From NCBI GenBank assembly GCA_016717305.1, contig JADKFY010000041.1:878-64877 (forward strand): a stretch of DNA of 64,000 nucleotides. The letters run 5' to 3'. This document shows, piece after piece, positions 19,239-31,276 of this stretch. The stretch's first letter is position 1. Each line of letters opens with the position of its first letter. Source of the DNA: Flavobacteriales bacterium. Its GTDB lineage: Bacteria; Bacteroidota; Bacteroidia; Flavobacteriales_F; PHOS-HE28. The notes under the pieces were generated by a model, which worked only from the letters and a program-made list of their open reading frames with translations, ran no database searches and had not been told where the DNA came from. The position numbers and the translations under genes were made by a program.

Positions 19239-19963
19239 TCACGGGTCGACCCAGTGGGTCGACGCTACGTCGGCGTTGATCAGGATCCACGTTCCATCAA
19301 TCGCCTCAATGATCCCCTTCGCCGCCACCGGGATCTTCGTCCCCGGCCCGTACACATCAAAACACCCGGCCTGCTTGAGGAAGTCGTAGTCGTTCGGCGG
19401 GATCACGCCACCGGCCACCACGAGGATGTCGGGGCGCTTGTAGGTCTCGCGCAGTTCCTTGATCACCTCGGGCACCAAGGTCTTGTGGCCACCGGCGAGG
19501 CTGCTGATGCCCAGCACGTGCACGTCGTTCTCGATGGCCTGCTTGGCCACTTCCTGCGGCGTCTGGAACAGCGGACCGATGTCCACGTCGAAGCCGATGT
19601 CGGCGAAGCTGGTGGCGATCACCTTGGCGCCGCGGTCGTGCCCGTCCTGGCCCATCTTGGCCACGAGGATGCGCGGGCGGCGGCCTTCCGCCTTGGCGAA
19701 TTCATCGGCGAGGCGCATGGCCTCCTTCATCTCGGGGTCCTGCATGCTTTCCGCTGAGTAAACACCGCTGATGCTGCGGATGGTGGCGCTGTAACGGCCG
19801 AAGGCTTTTTCGAAGGCGTCGCTGATCTCCCCGAGGGTAGCTCGGTGGCGGGCGGCGATAACGGCGAGTTCCAAGAGGTTTGCCTGAGCTCGGTTGGCTT
19901 GTCGTCGCTCGTGGCTCGTGGCGTCAAGGCTCGCGGCCGCAGTCAACGCCTGCAACGCCTCCT

Positions 19964-19967
<4 letters not shown>
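19239..19967 (-). CDS. Methylmalonyl-CoA mutase C-terminal cobalamin-binding domain (continuation of upstream ORF after frameshift at about 19965)
   Basis: [65 protein letters not shown] is the canonical DxHxxG B12-binding domain. The N-terminus MKEALQALT... aligns with the MutB linker. A 4-bp overlap with the preceding ORF implies a single gene with a frameshift. Confidence 0.7.
19242..19268 (-). repeat. REP-like 27-nt palindromic element, copy 2 (inverted, between rayT start and MCM 3' end)
   Basis: Reverse complement reads GTAGCGTCGACCCACTGGGTCGACCCG, 26/27 identical to copy 1 and in opposite orientation. Confidence 0.6.
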
Positions 19968-22510
<2,543 letters not shown>

Positions 22511-22689
22511 TGGTGCGAAGTTCGGGGTTGGGGATGGATCACAGCATGTTCATGAAGGATCTGGCCATCTCCGAAGTGCGATAGGTAAGTGGTGAAGTGG
22601 ACAGCCTCACTTGAATAGTGATGGCTTACATTCTGGCACGATAATTGAACTTCGCGCACACACGATCAACCAAAATCAAACGCAATAAC

Positions 22690-23127
22690 ATGAAGAAGTT
22701 CTTGACCATCGTTGCCCTCCTAGGCACATTCGGCATTGCCACTGCACAAACCTCCACCGAACCCGTTGCCCCTGTAAAGGAAGCCGCTGTTGACGGTGTG
22801 AAAGCTACAGAAGCTGGTACAATGGATGCCAAAGAAGCTGTAGGAACAACGAAGGAAGAAGCCGCCAAGGCGGGAGAGGCCGCTAAGTCGGAAGGTGCCA
22901 AGGACGCAAAGGCCGCTGGTTGCTGCGCAGGTAAAGGAAAGGATGCCAAGTGCGACCATGCTAAAGCTGGTGCAGGGGACGGTCACGGACATGCCGACGG
23001 ACATGGACATGATCACGCAAGTGCCAAGGCACACGTTTGCACGGATGCCTGCAAAGGTGACGCACACGCATTGGCGTGTGGTGAAGAAGGGCACAAGTGC
23101 GCTGCCGATTGCCACGCGAAGAAGTAA
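22690..23127 (+). CDS. Secreted Ala/Lys/Glu-rich protein with His/Cys-rich C-terminus (putative metal-binding protein)
   Basis: Signal peptide MKKFLTIVALLGTFGIATAQ. C-terminus CCAGKGKDAKCDHAKAGAGDGHGHADGHGHDHASAKAHVCTDACKGDAHALACGEEGHKCAADCHAKK. Confidence 0.55.
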   Translation: MKKFLTIVALLGTFGIATAQTSTEPVAPVKEAAVDGVKATEAGTMDAKEAVGTTKEEAAKAGEAAKSEGAKDAKAAGCCAGKGKDAKCDHAKAGAGDGHGHADGHGHDHASAKAHVCTDACKGDAHALACGEEGHKCAADCHAKK

Positions 23128-23146
23128 TTCGTTCCAATGGATCTGA

Positions 23147-23183
23147 AGCCCTGCTACCGTTCGGTAGCAGGGCTTTTCCTTTT
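23147..23183 (+). terminator. Rho-independent terminator
   Basis: AGCCCTGCTACC-gttc-GGTAGCAGGGCT (12-bp perfect stem) followed by TTTCCTTTT. Confidence 0.6.
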
Positions 23184-23310
23184 GGAGAATAGCTCCATTC
23201 CTGATATTCCGGTCGGCTGGAATACTGCCGATCCGGTTTTGGTAATTTAGCCGACCAAACCACGGCCGCGGACCTATAACCTACAGGGTCCCCGCAATTT
23301 TGAATTTACC

Positions 23311-23796
23311 ATGCAGATCAAGAAGAATTCCGTTGTCTCCTTCCATTACACCCTCAATGATCCAGATGGCAAATTGCTGGATACCAGCGAAGGGCGTGAG
23401 GCGTTCGCGTACATCCAAGGTCAAAGTATGATCGTACCGGGACTGGAACGCCAGCTCGAAGGCAAAAAGGCTGGCGACAGTGTAAAGGCAGTAGTACCCG
23501 CTGCCGAGGGATACGGTGATCTTGATCCGACCTTGGTGCATAAAGTCCCATCCGACCGTTTTGGTGATCAAACGATCGAGCTTGGCATGCAATTCCAAGC
23601 AGGCAATGAAGATGGCGGCGAAATGGGCGTGTTCACAGTCATCGGCGTTGAGGAAGGACTCGTGGTACTGAACGGGAACCACCCATTGGCCGGTGTTACC
23701 CTTCATTTCAATGTGGACATCAAGGATGTGCGTGATGCAACCGAAGAGGAACTGAGCCATGGCCATGTGCATGGCGAGGGTGGACACCACCATTGA
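23311..23796 (+). CDS. slyD: FKBP-type peptidyl-prolyl isomerase SlyD with His-rich C-terminal tail
   Basis: 161 aa with FKBP and IF-flap layout. C-terminus EEELSHGHVHGEGGHHH. Confidence 0.8.
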   Translation: MQIKKNSVVSFHYTLNDPDGKLLDTSEGREAFAYIQGQSMIVPGLERQLEGKKAGDSVKAVVPAAEGYGDLDPTLVHKVPSDRFGDQTIELGMQFQAGNEDGGEMGVFTVIGVEEGLVVLNGNHPLAGVTLHFNVDIKDVRDATEEELSHGHVHGEGGHHH

Positions 23797-23840
23797 GCAC
23801 GTTCCTGTGGCATATTTCAGGATGATGTAATTGTGGTTGA

Positions 23841-24965
23841 ATGAAACATCAGTTTCATTGGGTCCAGTTGCTATTGTGTGTCGGTTGGAACCTTGTTGGG
23901 GTCGGAAATGCGCTAGCCCAAGATCCAGCTCCTATCGATTCCACCAAAGCCTTGAAGAATGCGGCTGAAGTCAATGTTTCGGCTTACGTCGAAGTCTATT
24001 GCGCTTATGATTTTGGCAAGCCCACCTCCGGGGATCGACCCTTCTTGTACAATTTCAACAGGCACAACGAAGTTGCGCTCAATTTGGGCCTCGCTAGGGT
24101 GGACTACACGAACAACAGGGTGCGGCGCGTTCGCATTGATGGCCGGAACCTATCCACAAGCCAACTTGGTGCACGAACCCACCCTGTTGAGGAATGTGTT
24201 CGAGGCCCATGTGGGCATTAGGCTGAGCCGGAACAAAGCGATCTGGTTGGATGCAGGGATCTTGCCTTCGCATATCGGCATGGAGAGCGCCTTGGGCATG
24301 GACAATTGGACCTTGACCCGATCTCTGAACGCAGAGAATTCGCCGTATTACCTCAGTGGGGTGCAGGTTTCCTGGGATCCATCAGAGAAACTTAAGATCG
24401 CAGCACTTTATGTGAACGGTTGGCAACGCATGCGCCGGGTCCAGAACAATACACCGTGCTTCGGGACACAAGTTCATTGGACTCGAACAAAAGAATGAAA
24501 CTGAATTGGAGCACCTTCCTCGGAAGCGATACACCGGATAGTCTTGGCTTATATCGCATCTTCAACAGTGCTTGGTGGAGCTGGGAAGGCGAGAAATGGG
24601 GTGCCAAGGTGGCCGCTGACATCGGCATACAAGAAATGGCCACGTCCACAAAATGGAATTTGTGGGCCGATGGGGTGATAGTGATCCATAGGCGACTGGG
24701 GAAGCAGCTATTCGCTACGGCGCGGGGCGAGTACTATTACGATCCGCATCAAGTTATCGTGTACATCGCTCCTCCTATTATTGGAAGTCCGAGGGGGCTT
24801 ACCGCAACGGGTTATTCGCTCGGACTGGACTATCACATTACTTCCAATTCAACTGTTAGGCTGGAAGGTCGGTTGCTTCGTTCCACGTTCTATGTTTTCG
24901 AATTTCAGGATAGAGCAACACAGGACAATACCTCCGTAACCGTTTCGATCGCGGCAAAATTCTGA
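23841..24965 (+). pseudogene. Outer-membrane porin-like beta-barrel protein, split across three frames (2 frameshifts)
   Basis: ORFs 23841..24221, 23959..24498 and 24420..24965 overlap in successive frames. Signal peptide MKHQFHWVQLLLCVGWNLVGVGNALAQ. Alternating hydrophobic beta-strand pattern and a C-terminal aromatic residue (…SIAAKF). Confidence 0.45.
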
Positions 24966-25041
24966 TCGCTTTCTTTCCAAACGGATTTTCAGGGTACCCA
25001 TTACTTTCGCCCCGTTCGTTCTCCGGTCCTGTCCAGTCGTA

Positions 25042-26463
25042 ATGCTTTTCCCCTCCTTTGCGTTCCTCCTTTTTCTGCCGCTGGTATACTGGCTTTACTG
25101 GTATGTCTTTCCGAGCAGGTTGAGGGTGCAGAATGCATTCATGCTGCTTGCCAGTTTTGTGTTCTACGGTTGGTGGGATTGGCGCTTCCTAAGTTTGCTC
25201 ATCTTCAGCTCCTTCGCCGATTTCTTCATCGGTTGGGCACTGGCGAACACGACTACAGCATCCAAGAGGAAAGCCTACGTGTGGCTTAGTTTGGTTATCA
25301 ATCTGGGTCTGCTCGCCACCTTCAAGTACTTCAATTTCTTTGTCGATGGCCTTTCCGATATCCTGCTCACCTTCGGTATGCAACCGGACTTTCCCACCGT
25401 GGGGATCCTGCTGCCGATCGGGATCAGTTTCTACACTTTCCAGTCGTTGAGCTATTCGATCGACGTCTATCGTGGCCAGATCAAGCCCACTCACAACGGG
25501 GTTGCCTTCCTTGCTTTTGTGAGCTTCTTCCCACAGCTGGTGGCGGGCCCCATAGAACGTGCGGCGAGCCTGCTGCCCCAATTCCTGGCACCGCGAACGT
25601 TCGATGTGGAGCAAGCCAAGGATGGTCTCCGCCAAATGCTCTGGGGTTTCTTCAAGAAGATCGTGGTGGCCGATGGCTGCGCTTCCATCGTGAATGGCAT
25701 CTTCGAAGGCGATGTGCAGCAAACCCCCGGTGTAACACTGTTCTTCGGTGCCTTCTTCTTCGCGTTCCAGATCTACGGCGATTTCTCGGGCTATTCTGAT
25801 ATCGCCATCGGTTGCGCACGTCTTTTTGGATTCAAGCTCAGTCGCAATTTCGCTTATCCCTATTTCTCGCGGAACATCACCGAGTTCTGGCGCCGGTGGC
25901 ACATTTCCTTGAGCACCTGGTTCCGCGATTACGTGTATGTACCCCTTGGCGGATGGCGTACCAAGACCGGTAGGTTCCGCAATATCATGATCACATTCGG
26001 GGTAAGCGGGCTGTGGCACGGAGCCAATTGGACCTTCGTTACATGGGGTATTTTACACGGGCTCTATTACATCCCCGATATTTTCCGTAACGCCAAAGCC
26101 AGCCGTAATGAGCCCACCTTGAAGGATTGGCCCCAAATGGTCACCACGTTCCTCTTGGTGTTGGTCGCATGGGTGTTCTTCCGATCTTCTTCGGTGCATA
26201 CCGCCGTGGCCTACTTGTATTATTCTGTCGCCAACATCACCATGTCACCAGGTGCAGTTCTGGTTTGGACCTTCCGGTCGGAAATGGCGTGGATCCTCTT
26301 GATGCTGGTGGTGGAATGGTTCGCCCGAAAACAAGAACATGCACTTCAAGTTATGCCGGCGGCCATGGCATTGCGTTGGGCCATCTATTTACTGATCACG
26401 ATCGAGATCATGCTACACACCGATCTGCAGACCTCCCACGAATTCATCTATTTCCAGTTCTAG
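25042..26463 (+). CDS. MBOAT-family membrane O-acyltransferase (AlgI/DltB-like)
   Basis: 473 aa, polytopic, with the conserved MBOAT His region (…WRRWHISLSTWFRDYVYVPLGG…GLWHGANW). Confidence 0.85.
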   Translation: MLFPSFAFLLFLPLVYWLYWYVFPSRLRVQNAFMLLASFVFYGWWDWRFLSLLIFSSFADFFIGWALANTTTASKRKAYVWLSLVINLGLLATFKYFNFFVDGLSDILLTFGMQPDFPTVGILLPIGISFYTFQSLSYSIDVYRGQIKPTHNGVAFLAFVSFFPQLVAGPIERAASLLPQFLAPRTFDVEQAKDGLRQMLWGFFKKIVVADGCASIVNGIFEGDVQQTPGVTLFFGAFFFAFQIYGDFSGYSDIAIGCARLFGFKLSRNFAYPYFSRNITEFWRRWHISLSTWFRDYVYVPLGGWRTKTGRFRNIMITFGVSGLWHGANWTFVTWGILHGLYYIPDIFRNAKASRNEPTLKDWPQMVTTFLLVLVAWVFFRSSSVHTAVAYLYYSVANITMSPGAVLVWTFRSEMAWILLMLVVEWFARKQEHALQVMPAAMALRWAIYLLITIEIMLHTDLQTSHEFIYFQF

Positions 26464-26467
26464 TGAG

Positions 26468-27421
26468 ATGACACCTGCCACCTTCTTTTTCAGGGCAGTG
26501 GGGTTCGCATCCATCGTACTGGTGGTCCTGTTGCTTTGTGCTTGGTTCGGTCCACATGCGTCCCGAGTGGATTATCTGGAAGTATCCGGTGCTAAACAGG
26601 CGCTTTTGAGAGCCACGATCTCGCCAAAAGTGATCATTGTAGGTGGTTCCAACGCCACCTTCGGGATCGATAGTGAAGTATTGGAGAATGCGCTGTGCAT
26701 GCCGGTGGTGAACATGAGCCTGCACGCCAGCCTCGGGTTCCGGTTCATGGTCGATGAAGTGAAGAATTCTCTCGGAAAGGGCGATCTTGTCATTGTTTCC
26801 CTGGAGCATTCAGGATACTCCACACCGGAAAAGGACAACGATATCCACATCCTTACAGTGGACCGTGTTCCCAGTGCCATCCAATTCATCCCTTGGTATT
26901 CTCGGCCGCGCGTGCTCATGGGCGTTATGCTCATGCGCATGCAAGCTTTGTACAAAGTCTTCACCGGGGCTTGGAAGAATGCTTCAGAGGACAAGGTCTA
27001 TCGCGCAAGTGGCTTTAACGAGCGGGGAGATATCGTGAGCCACATTGGACTTCCCCACCGGGACCCTGCACGCATTGAAAAAGTGGTGTATGCGACAAAG
27101 ACCGTTTCAGATGATTTCTACCCCATTGCCCAAGATCTGATCGATCATGCCAAGAACAGTGGTGCAGATGTGGTGTGGACTTGGCCAGTGATCGCGACGT
27201 CCAGTTTCAGGCAGGGCCGGAACGACACGATAGCCCAAGTACTAGCAACACACGACATAGAACTCTTGGGGAATTCCGTGGACCTCGTCTTGCCGGATAC
27301 CGCGTTCTACGACACACACTACCACCTTAGGGCAGTTGGCCGGCAAATACGCACCCGCCAGTTGATCAAAGACTTGTGTGGTAAGGGAATGGTGAAGTGT
27401 TGCGGGGGGCAACCAAAGTGA
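26468..27421 (+). CDS. MBOAT partner protein (AlgJ/DltD-like, N-terminal TM anchor)
   Basis: 317 aa with a single N-terminal TM helix. Position immediately 3' of the MBOAT gene mirrors algI-algJ/dltB-dltD arrangements. Confidence 0.4.
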   Translation: MTPATFFFRAVGFASIVLVVLLLCAWFGPHASRVDYLEVSGAKQALLRATISPKVIIVGGSNATFGIDSEVLENALCMPVVNMSLHASLGFRFMVDEVKNSLGKGDLVIVSLEHSGYSTPEKDNDIHILTVDRVPSAIQFIPWYSRPRVLMGVMLMRMQALYKVFTGAWKNASEDKVYRASGFNERGDIVSHIGLPHRDPARIEKVVYATKTVSDDFYPIAQDLIDHAKNSGADVVWTWPVIATSSFRQGRNDTIAQVLATHDIELLGNSVDLVLPDTAFYDTHYHLRAVGRQIRTRQLIKDLCGKGMVKCCGGQPK

Positions 27422-27425
27422 ATGG

Positions 27426-27731
27426 TCACTTTCTCTCAGGCACCAGCACGAAGATGTCTTCGTTGTCCCGCTTCATCAAATAGCGCTCGCGAGCGAATTT
27501 CTCCAGCAGTTCCTTATTGCTTGAGATCTCGTTCAGCTGCTCCTTGGTCCGCTGGATCTCTGCACCGTACCATTCCTTCTGCTCCTCCATTCGGCCCAGC
27601 TCACGGCGGTTCTTGATGGTGGTCCACGCATCGTTCTGGTCGAACAAGAGCACCCAACCAACCACTGCCAATACGGCTATGCTGTACCTGTTGCGCAAGG
27701 GTAGAGGGATCTTGGAAATGAGCTTTTTCAC
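27426..27731 (-). CDS. Septum formation initiator family protein (FtsB/DivIC-like)
   Basis: 101 aa with an N-terminal TM helix followed by a coiled-coil (…KNRRELGRMEEQKEWYGAEIQRTKEQLNEI…). Confidence 0.6.
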   Translation of the reverse strand: MKKLISKIPLPLRNRYSIAVLAVVGWVLLFDQNDAWTTIKNRRELGRMEEQKEWYGAEIQRTKEQLNEISSNKELLEKFARERYLMKRDNEDIFVLVPERK

Positions 27732-27853
27732 GGGAACGAATGTAGCGGCCTGAATGAGCGAAAATTATGGCCTTTAGGGTCGTATTCCACGATCGATCGT
27801 TGGTTGTGTCGACCCGGAAGGAACTTTTGCGCTGGGGCAAGTTCGTCCTGCGA

Positions 27854-28390
27854 TCACCGCCCGTTTCCTTCCTCGAGGAGGGACTGATCGATCTGCCCGC
27901 GTGCTCCAAGTTCCACCACCTCCAAGTCCTTCACCGAACCTTCATTCAGCGAGAACCGGAGCAGTGTTCGCACCTTGTGCCAACCATGCCGACCCGCAGC
28001 ACCCGGGTTCATGTATAGACAGTTGACCTTAGGGTCGAATTGCACCAAGCAAATGTGCGAATGTCCACAGATGAACAGGGTGGGTGGGTCACTTCGCAAT
28101 TCCGCCAGAACCTCCGGTGTGTAACGGGGCGGTCTTCCTCCGATATGCGTCATCCAGACCCGTGCTCCGCCCATGGTGAAACGTTGATGTTCCGGGTGTT
28201 CCCTGCGGGAAGGACCATCGTCGATATTCCCGTACACGGCACGTAGCGGTTTCCAGCGTGCCAGCTGTTCTGTTATGGCAAGCCCGCCGATGTCGCCGGC
28301 ATGCCAGATCTCGTCGCACTCCGTGAAATGGACTTCTACGCGAGGGTCCAGCCAACCATGCGTGTCGCTGATCAATCCAATGCGGGGCAT
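27854..28390 (-). CDS. Metallophosphoesterase, YfcE/MJ0936 family
   Basis: Motifs GLISDTHG, HAGD, GNID, GHSH. Confidence 0.75.
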   Translation of the reverse strand: MPRIGLISDTHGWLDPRVEVHFTECDEIWHAGDIGGLAITEQLARWKPLRAVYGNIDDGPSRREHPEHQRFTMGGARVWMTHIGGRPPRYTPEVLAELRSDPPTLFICGHSHICLVQFDPKVNCLYMNPGAAGRHGWHKVRTLLRFSLNEGSVKDLEVVELGARGQIDQSLLEEGNGR

Positions 28391-28455
28391 GCCGCAAAGA
28401 AAAGTCGAAATGCGTGGCCCCGTGCGGCCTTTACCTTTGCGCGCTTTCCCGGTGA

Positions 28456-29238
28456 ATGGAGATCATGCCTCGTTACTTCCTCGAACTCGCCTATGATGGT
28501 TCGCCTTATCGCGGTTGGCAGCGCCAGCTGAAGGACCCCAGTGTGCAAGAAGTTGTGGAGCGCGCCCTGCGCACCGCTCTTCAGTTGCCGGAACTGTACG
28601 TGGTGGGCTGCGGAAGAACCGATACTGGTGTGCACGCTACGGAGTATTTCCTGCATTTTGATGCCCCGCCCGATCGCCGTGTTGATGAACGCTTCGCCTT
28701 CAGCATAAGTGCTATGCTTCCCGATAGCATCGCGGTGAAACGCGTGATCTCCGTGGCCGATGATGCGCATGCCCGTTTCAGTGCAACAGAACGCGGCTAC
28801 AAATATTTGATCCACCGCCGCAAGGATCCATTCCTCACCGGTCGTTCGCATTTGCTTTACCCACCCTTGGATGTGGATGCCATGAACGAGGCTTGCAAAG
28901 CCCTGATCGGAAAACAGGATTTTTCAAGTTTCTGCAAAACAGGAAGTGATCAACGCACCATGATCTGCGATGTGCGCCACGCCGAATGGGAGCACATCGA
29001 GAACGGATACCGCTTCCGGATCCTTGCGGATCGCTATCTGCGTAACATGGTGCGCGCGATCGTGGGTACGTGCATGCGTATCGGTAAGGGTGATGCATCC
29101 GCCGCATCCATGCTCGAAGTGATCGCCGCCAAAGACCGCAGCAAAGCCGGGAAAAGCGCACCTGCCCGTGGCCTCTACTTGGAACGCGTGGTGTACCCGT
29201 TCATTCCAACTAACTATACCCCGTTGGAGCGCCCATGA
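28456..29238 (+). CDS. truA: tRNA pseudouridine(38-40) synthase TruA
   Basis: YFLELAYDGSPYRGWQRQ ... VVGCGRTDTGVHA catalytic Asp motif. Confidence 0.9.
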   Translation: MEIMPRYFLELAYDGSPYRGWQRQLKDPSVQEVVERALRTALQLPELYVVGCGRTDTGVHATEYFLHFDAPPDRRVDERFAFSISAMLPDSIAVKRVISVADDAHARFSATERGYKYLIHRRKDPFLTGRSHLLYPPLDVDAMNEACKALIGKQDFSSFCKTGSDQRTMICDVRHAEWEHIENGYRFRILADRYLRNMVRAIVGTCMRIGKGDASAASMLEVIAAKDRSKAGKSAPARGLYLERVVYPFIPTNYTPLERP

Positions 29239-31142
29239 CGACGGCGACCCCAGCACCTCCAGTGGCAAAGGCCGAAGAAAAGTCCAAGAAGACCGTTCAA
29301 GGAAAAGCCTTCGACAGAAAGCTCTTCGCGCGTGTGTTCGCCTTTACTGGCCCGTATCGCGGGATCTTCCGGTGGACGGTCTTCCTAACGATCGTCCTCA
29401 GCATCGTGGGTGTGGTACGTCCGATCATGCTCGGCTGGCTCATTGACGTTGCCGCCACGGATTACACCGCCTTATTCCACCTCGATGCCAACTCCAACTG
29501 GAACGCGAGGAGCATTGCATGGATCGCCAACGTGGTGCAAAACCTCGTGGGTGTCGGCACAATGACCTTGGTCTGGTCGATCACCATTTCAGTTGCAGTG
29601 CTTCTTTTGGTGGAGACCGTGGTGCAGTATTTCCAGTCCTATTGGACAAGTTGGTTGGGGCAAGCCGTCACCTTCGATCTGCGACAGAAGTTGTATTCAA
29701 AGATCCTCGGCTTCAAGCTTCGTTATTTCGACAAGACACCTATTGGAACACTGGTCACCCGTGCGATCAGCGATATCGAGACCATCGACGACATCTTCTC
29801 ACAGGGGCTGCTCTCGATCATGGGCGATATTCTCAAACTTGTCGTGGTGGTCGTGGTCATGTTCGTCTACAACTGGAAATTGGCATTGCTCAGTATGGTG
29901 CCGATCCCGCTCTTGCTTTGGAGCACCAACATCTTCAAGAACAGCATCCAGAAGAGCTTTCAGGATGTGCGCACACAGGTTTCCCGGTTGAACGCATTCG
30001 TACAGGAACACATCCAAGGCATGGCCGTGGTGCAGCTCTTCGGACGGGAAAAGCAGGAATACAACAAGTTCCAAGCGATCAATAGGGAACATCGGAAAGC
30101 ACACGTCCGTAGCATTCTTGCTTACAGCATTTTCTTCCCGGTGGTGGAGATCCTGAGCGCGGTCTCCTTGGCGTTCCTCGTTTGGTGGGGCGTGAAGGAT
30201 GTACTTGAAGGAGTGGCCACCCTCGGAGACATTTTTGCCTACATCCTGTTCATCAACATGCTGTATAGACCGATACGCCAACTCGCGGATCGTTTCAATG
30301 TCCTGCAGATGGGCATGGTGGGCAGTGAACGGGTGTTCGCGGTTTTGGACACGGATGCGGACCTGAAGGACACAGGATCGCGCACAACCGAAAACCTTCG
30401 CGGCGATATCGTGTTCAAGAACGTGTGGTTCGCTTATGGTGATCTTGAACCTGGAGAGGAACCGGACTGGGTGCTTCGCGATATCAGTTTCCAAGCGAAG
30501 GCAGGGGAGATGATCGCCTTGGTAGGGGCCACCGGTTCCGGGAAGAGCACAACGATCAATATCCTGAGCAGGGCTTACGAATTCCAACGCGGTGAGGTGC
30601 TCTTGGACGGACATGATATTCGCACGTACACACTTTCTGATCTTCGGAAAAGCATCTCGGTGGTCCTACAGGATGTATTCCTCTTCAGTGATTCGATCCA
30701 CAACAACATCACGCTTGGAGATCCGACGATCTCACGCGATGCAGTGATCGCGGCTGCAAAAACCGTTGGTGCGCACGACTTCATCATGCGCTTGCCCGAT
30801 GGATACGATATGTCAGTGCGCGAACGAGGTAGTATACTGAGCTTAGGCCAACGGCAATTGATCGCATTCATCCGCGCAGCTGTTCACCAACCGCGCGTCC
30901 TCATACTGGACGAAGCCACCAGCAGTGTGGACAGCATGAGCGAGCAGTTGATCCAGCAAGCAACGGAACGCATCACAAAGGACCGCACCAGCATCGTGAT
31001 CGCACACCGCTTAAGTACCATCCAGAAGGCCGATCGTATCATCGTCCTTGGCAAGGGCCGGATCCTGGAGCAGGGAAACCATCAGGAGCTGCTAGCATAC
31101 AATGGGGCGTATCGGAAGTTGTATGACCTGCAATTCAGGTGA
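29235..31142 (+). CDS. ABC transporter, fused permease/ATP-binding protein (exporter type)
   Basis: Six TM helices, Walker A GATGSGKST, signature LSLGQRQL, Walker B LILDEATS. Overlaps the truA stop. Confidence 0.85.
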   Translation: MTTATPAPPVAKAEEKSKKTVQGKAFDRKLFARVFAFTGPYRGIFRWTVFLTIVLSIVGVVRPIMLGWLIDVAATDYTALFHLDANSNWNARSIAWIANVVQNLVGVGTMTLVWSITISVAVLLLVETVVQYFQSYWTSWLGQAVTFDLRQKLYSKILGFKLRYFDKTPIGTLVTRAISDIETIDDIFSQGLLSIMGDILKLVVVVVVMFVYNWKLALLSMVPIPLLLWSTNIFKNSIQKSFQDVRTQVSRLNAFVQEHIQGMAVVQLFGREKQEYNKFQAINREHRKAHVRSILAYSIFFPVVEILSAVSLAFLVWWGVKDVLEGVATLGDIFAYILFINMLYRPIRQLADRFNVLQMGMVGSERVFAVLDTDADLKDTGSRTTENLRGDIVFKNVWFAYGDLEPGEEPDWVLRDISFQAKAGEMIALVGATGSGKSTTINILSRAYEFQRGEVLLDGHDIRTYTLSDLRKSISVVLQDVFLFSDSIHNNITLGDPTISRDAVIAAAKTVGAHDFIMRLPDGYDMSVRERGSILSLGQRQLIAFIRAAVHQPRVLILDEATSSVDSMSEQLIQQATERITKDRTSIVIAHRLSTIQKADRIIVLGKGRILEQGNHQELLAYNGAYRKLYDLQFR

Positions 31143-31276
31143 TTGATTATTTAGTCGCTTACGAGCGTCTGGGATCTTGTGTTGAAGGGTCGCAATGGAT
31201 AGCATGGTCACCGATCGTGCAGGCAACGACCGTAGCCAACATTGCGTCTATTCCATACTCTAAGTTATTCTGGGAC

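Noticed and set aside
27808-27815. Isolated GTCGACCC half-site of the REP-like element
   Set aside because: Only one arm (8 nt) is present, with no partner half or GTAGC flank. It is compatible with chance occurrence.
27767-28018. 83-aa plus-strand ORF
   Set aside because: Lies antisense within the metallophosphoesterase gene (27854-28390), which has canonical motifs. No supporting features.
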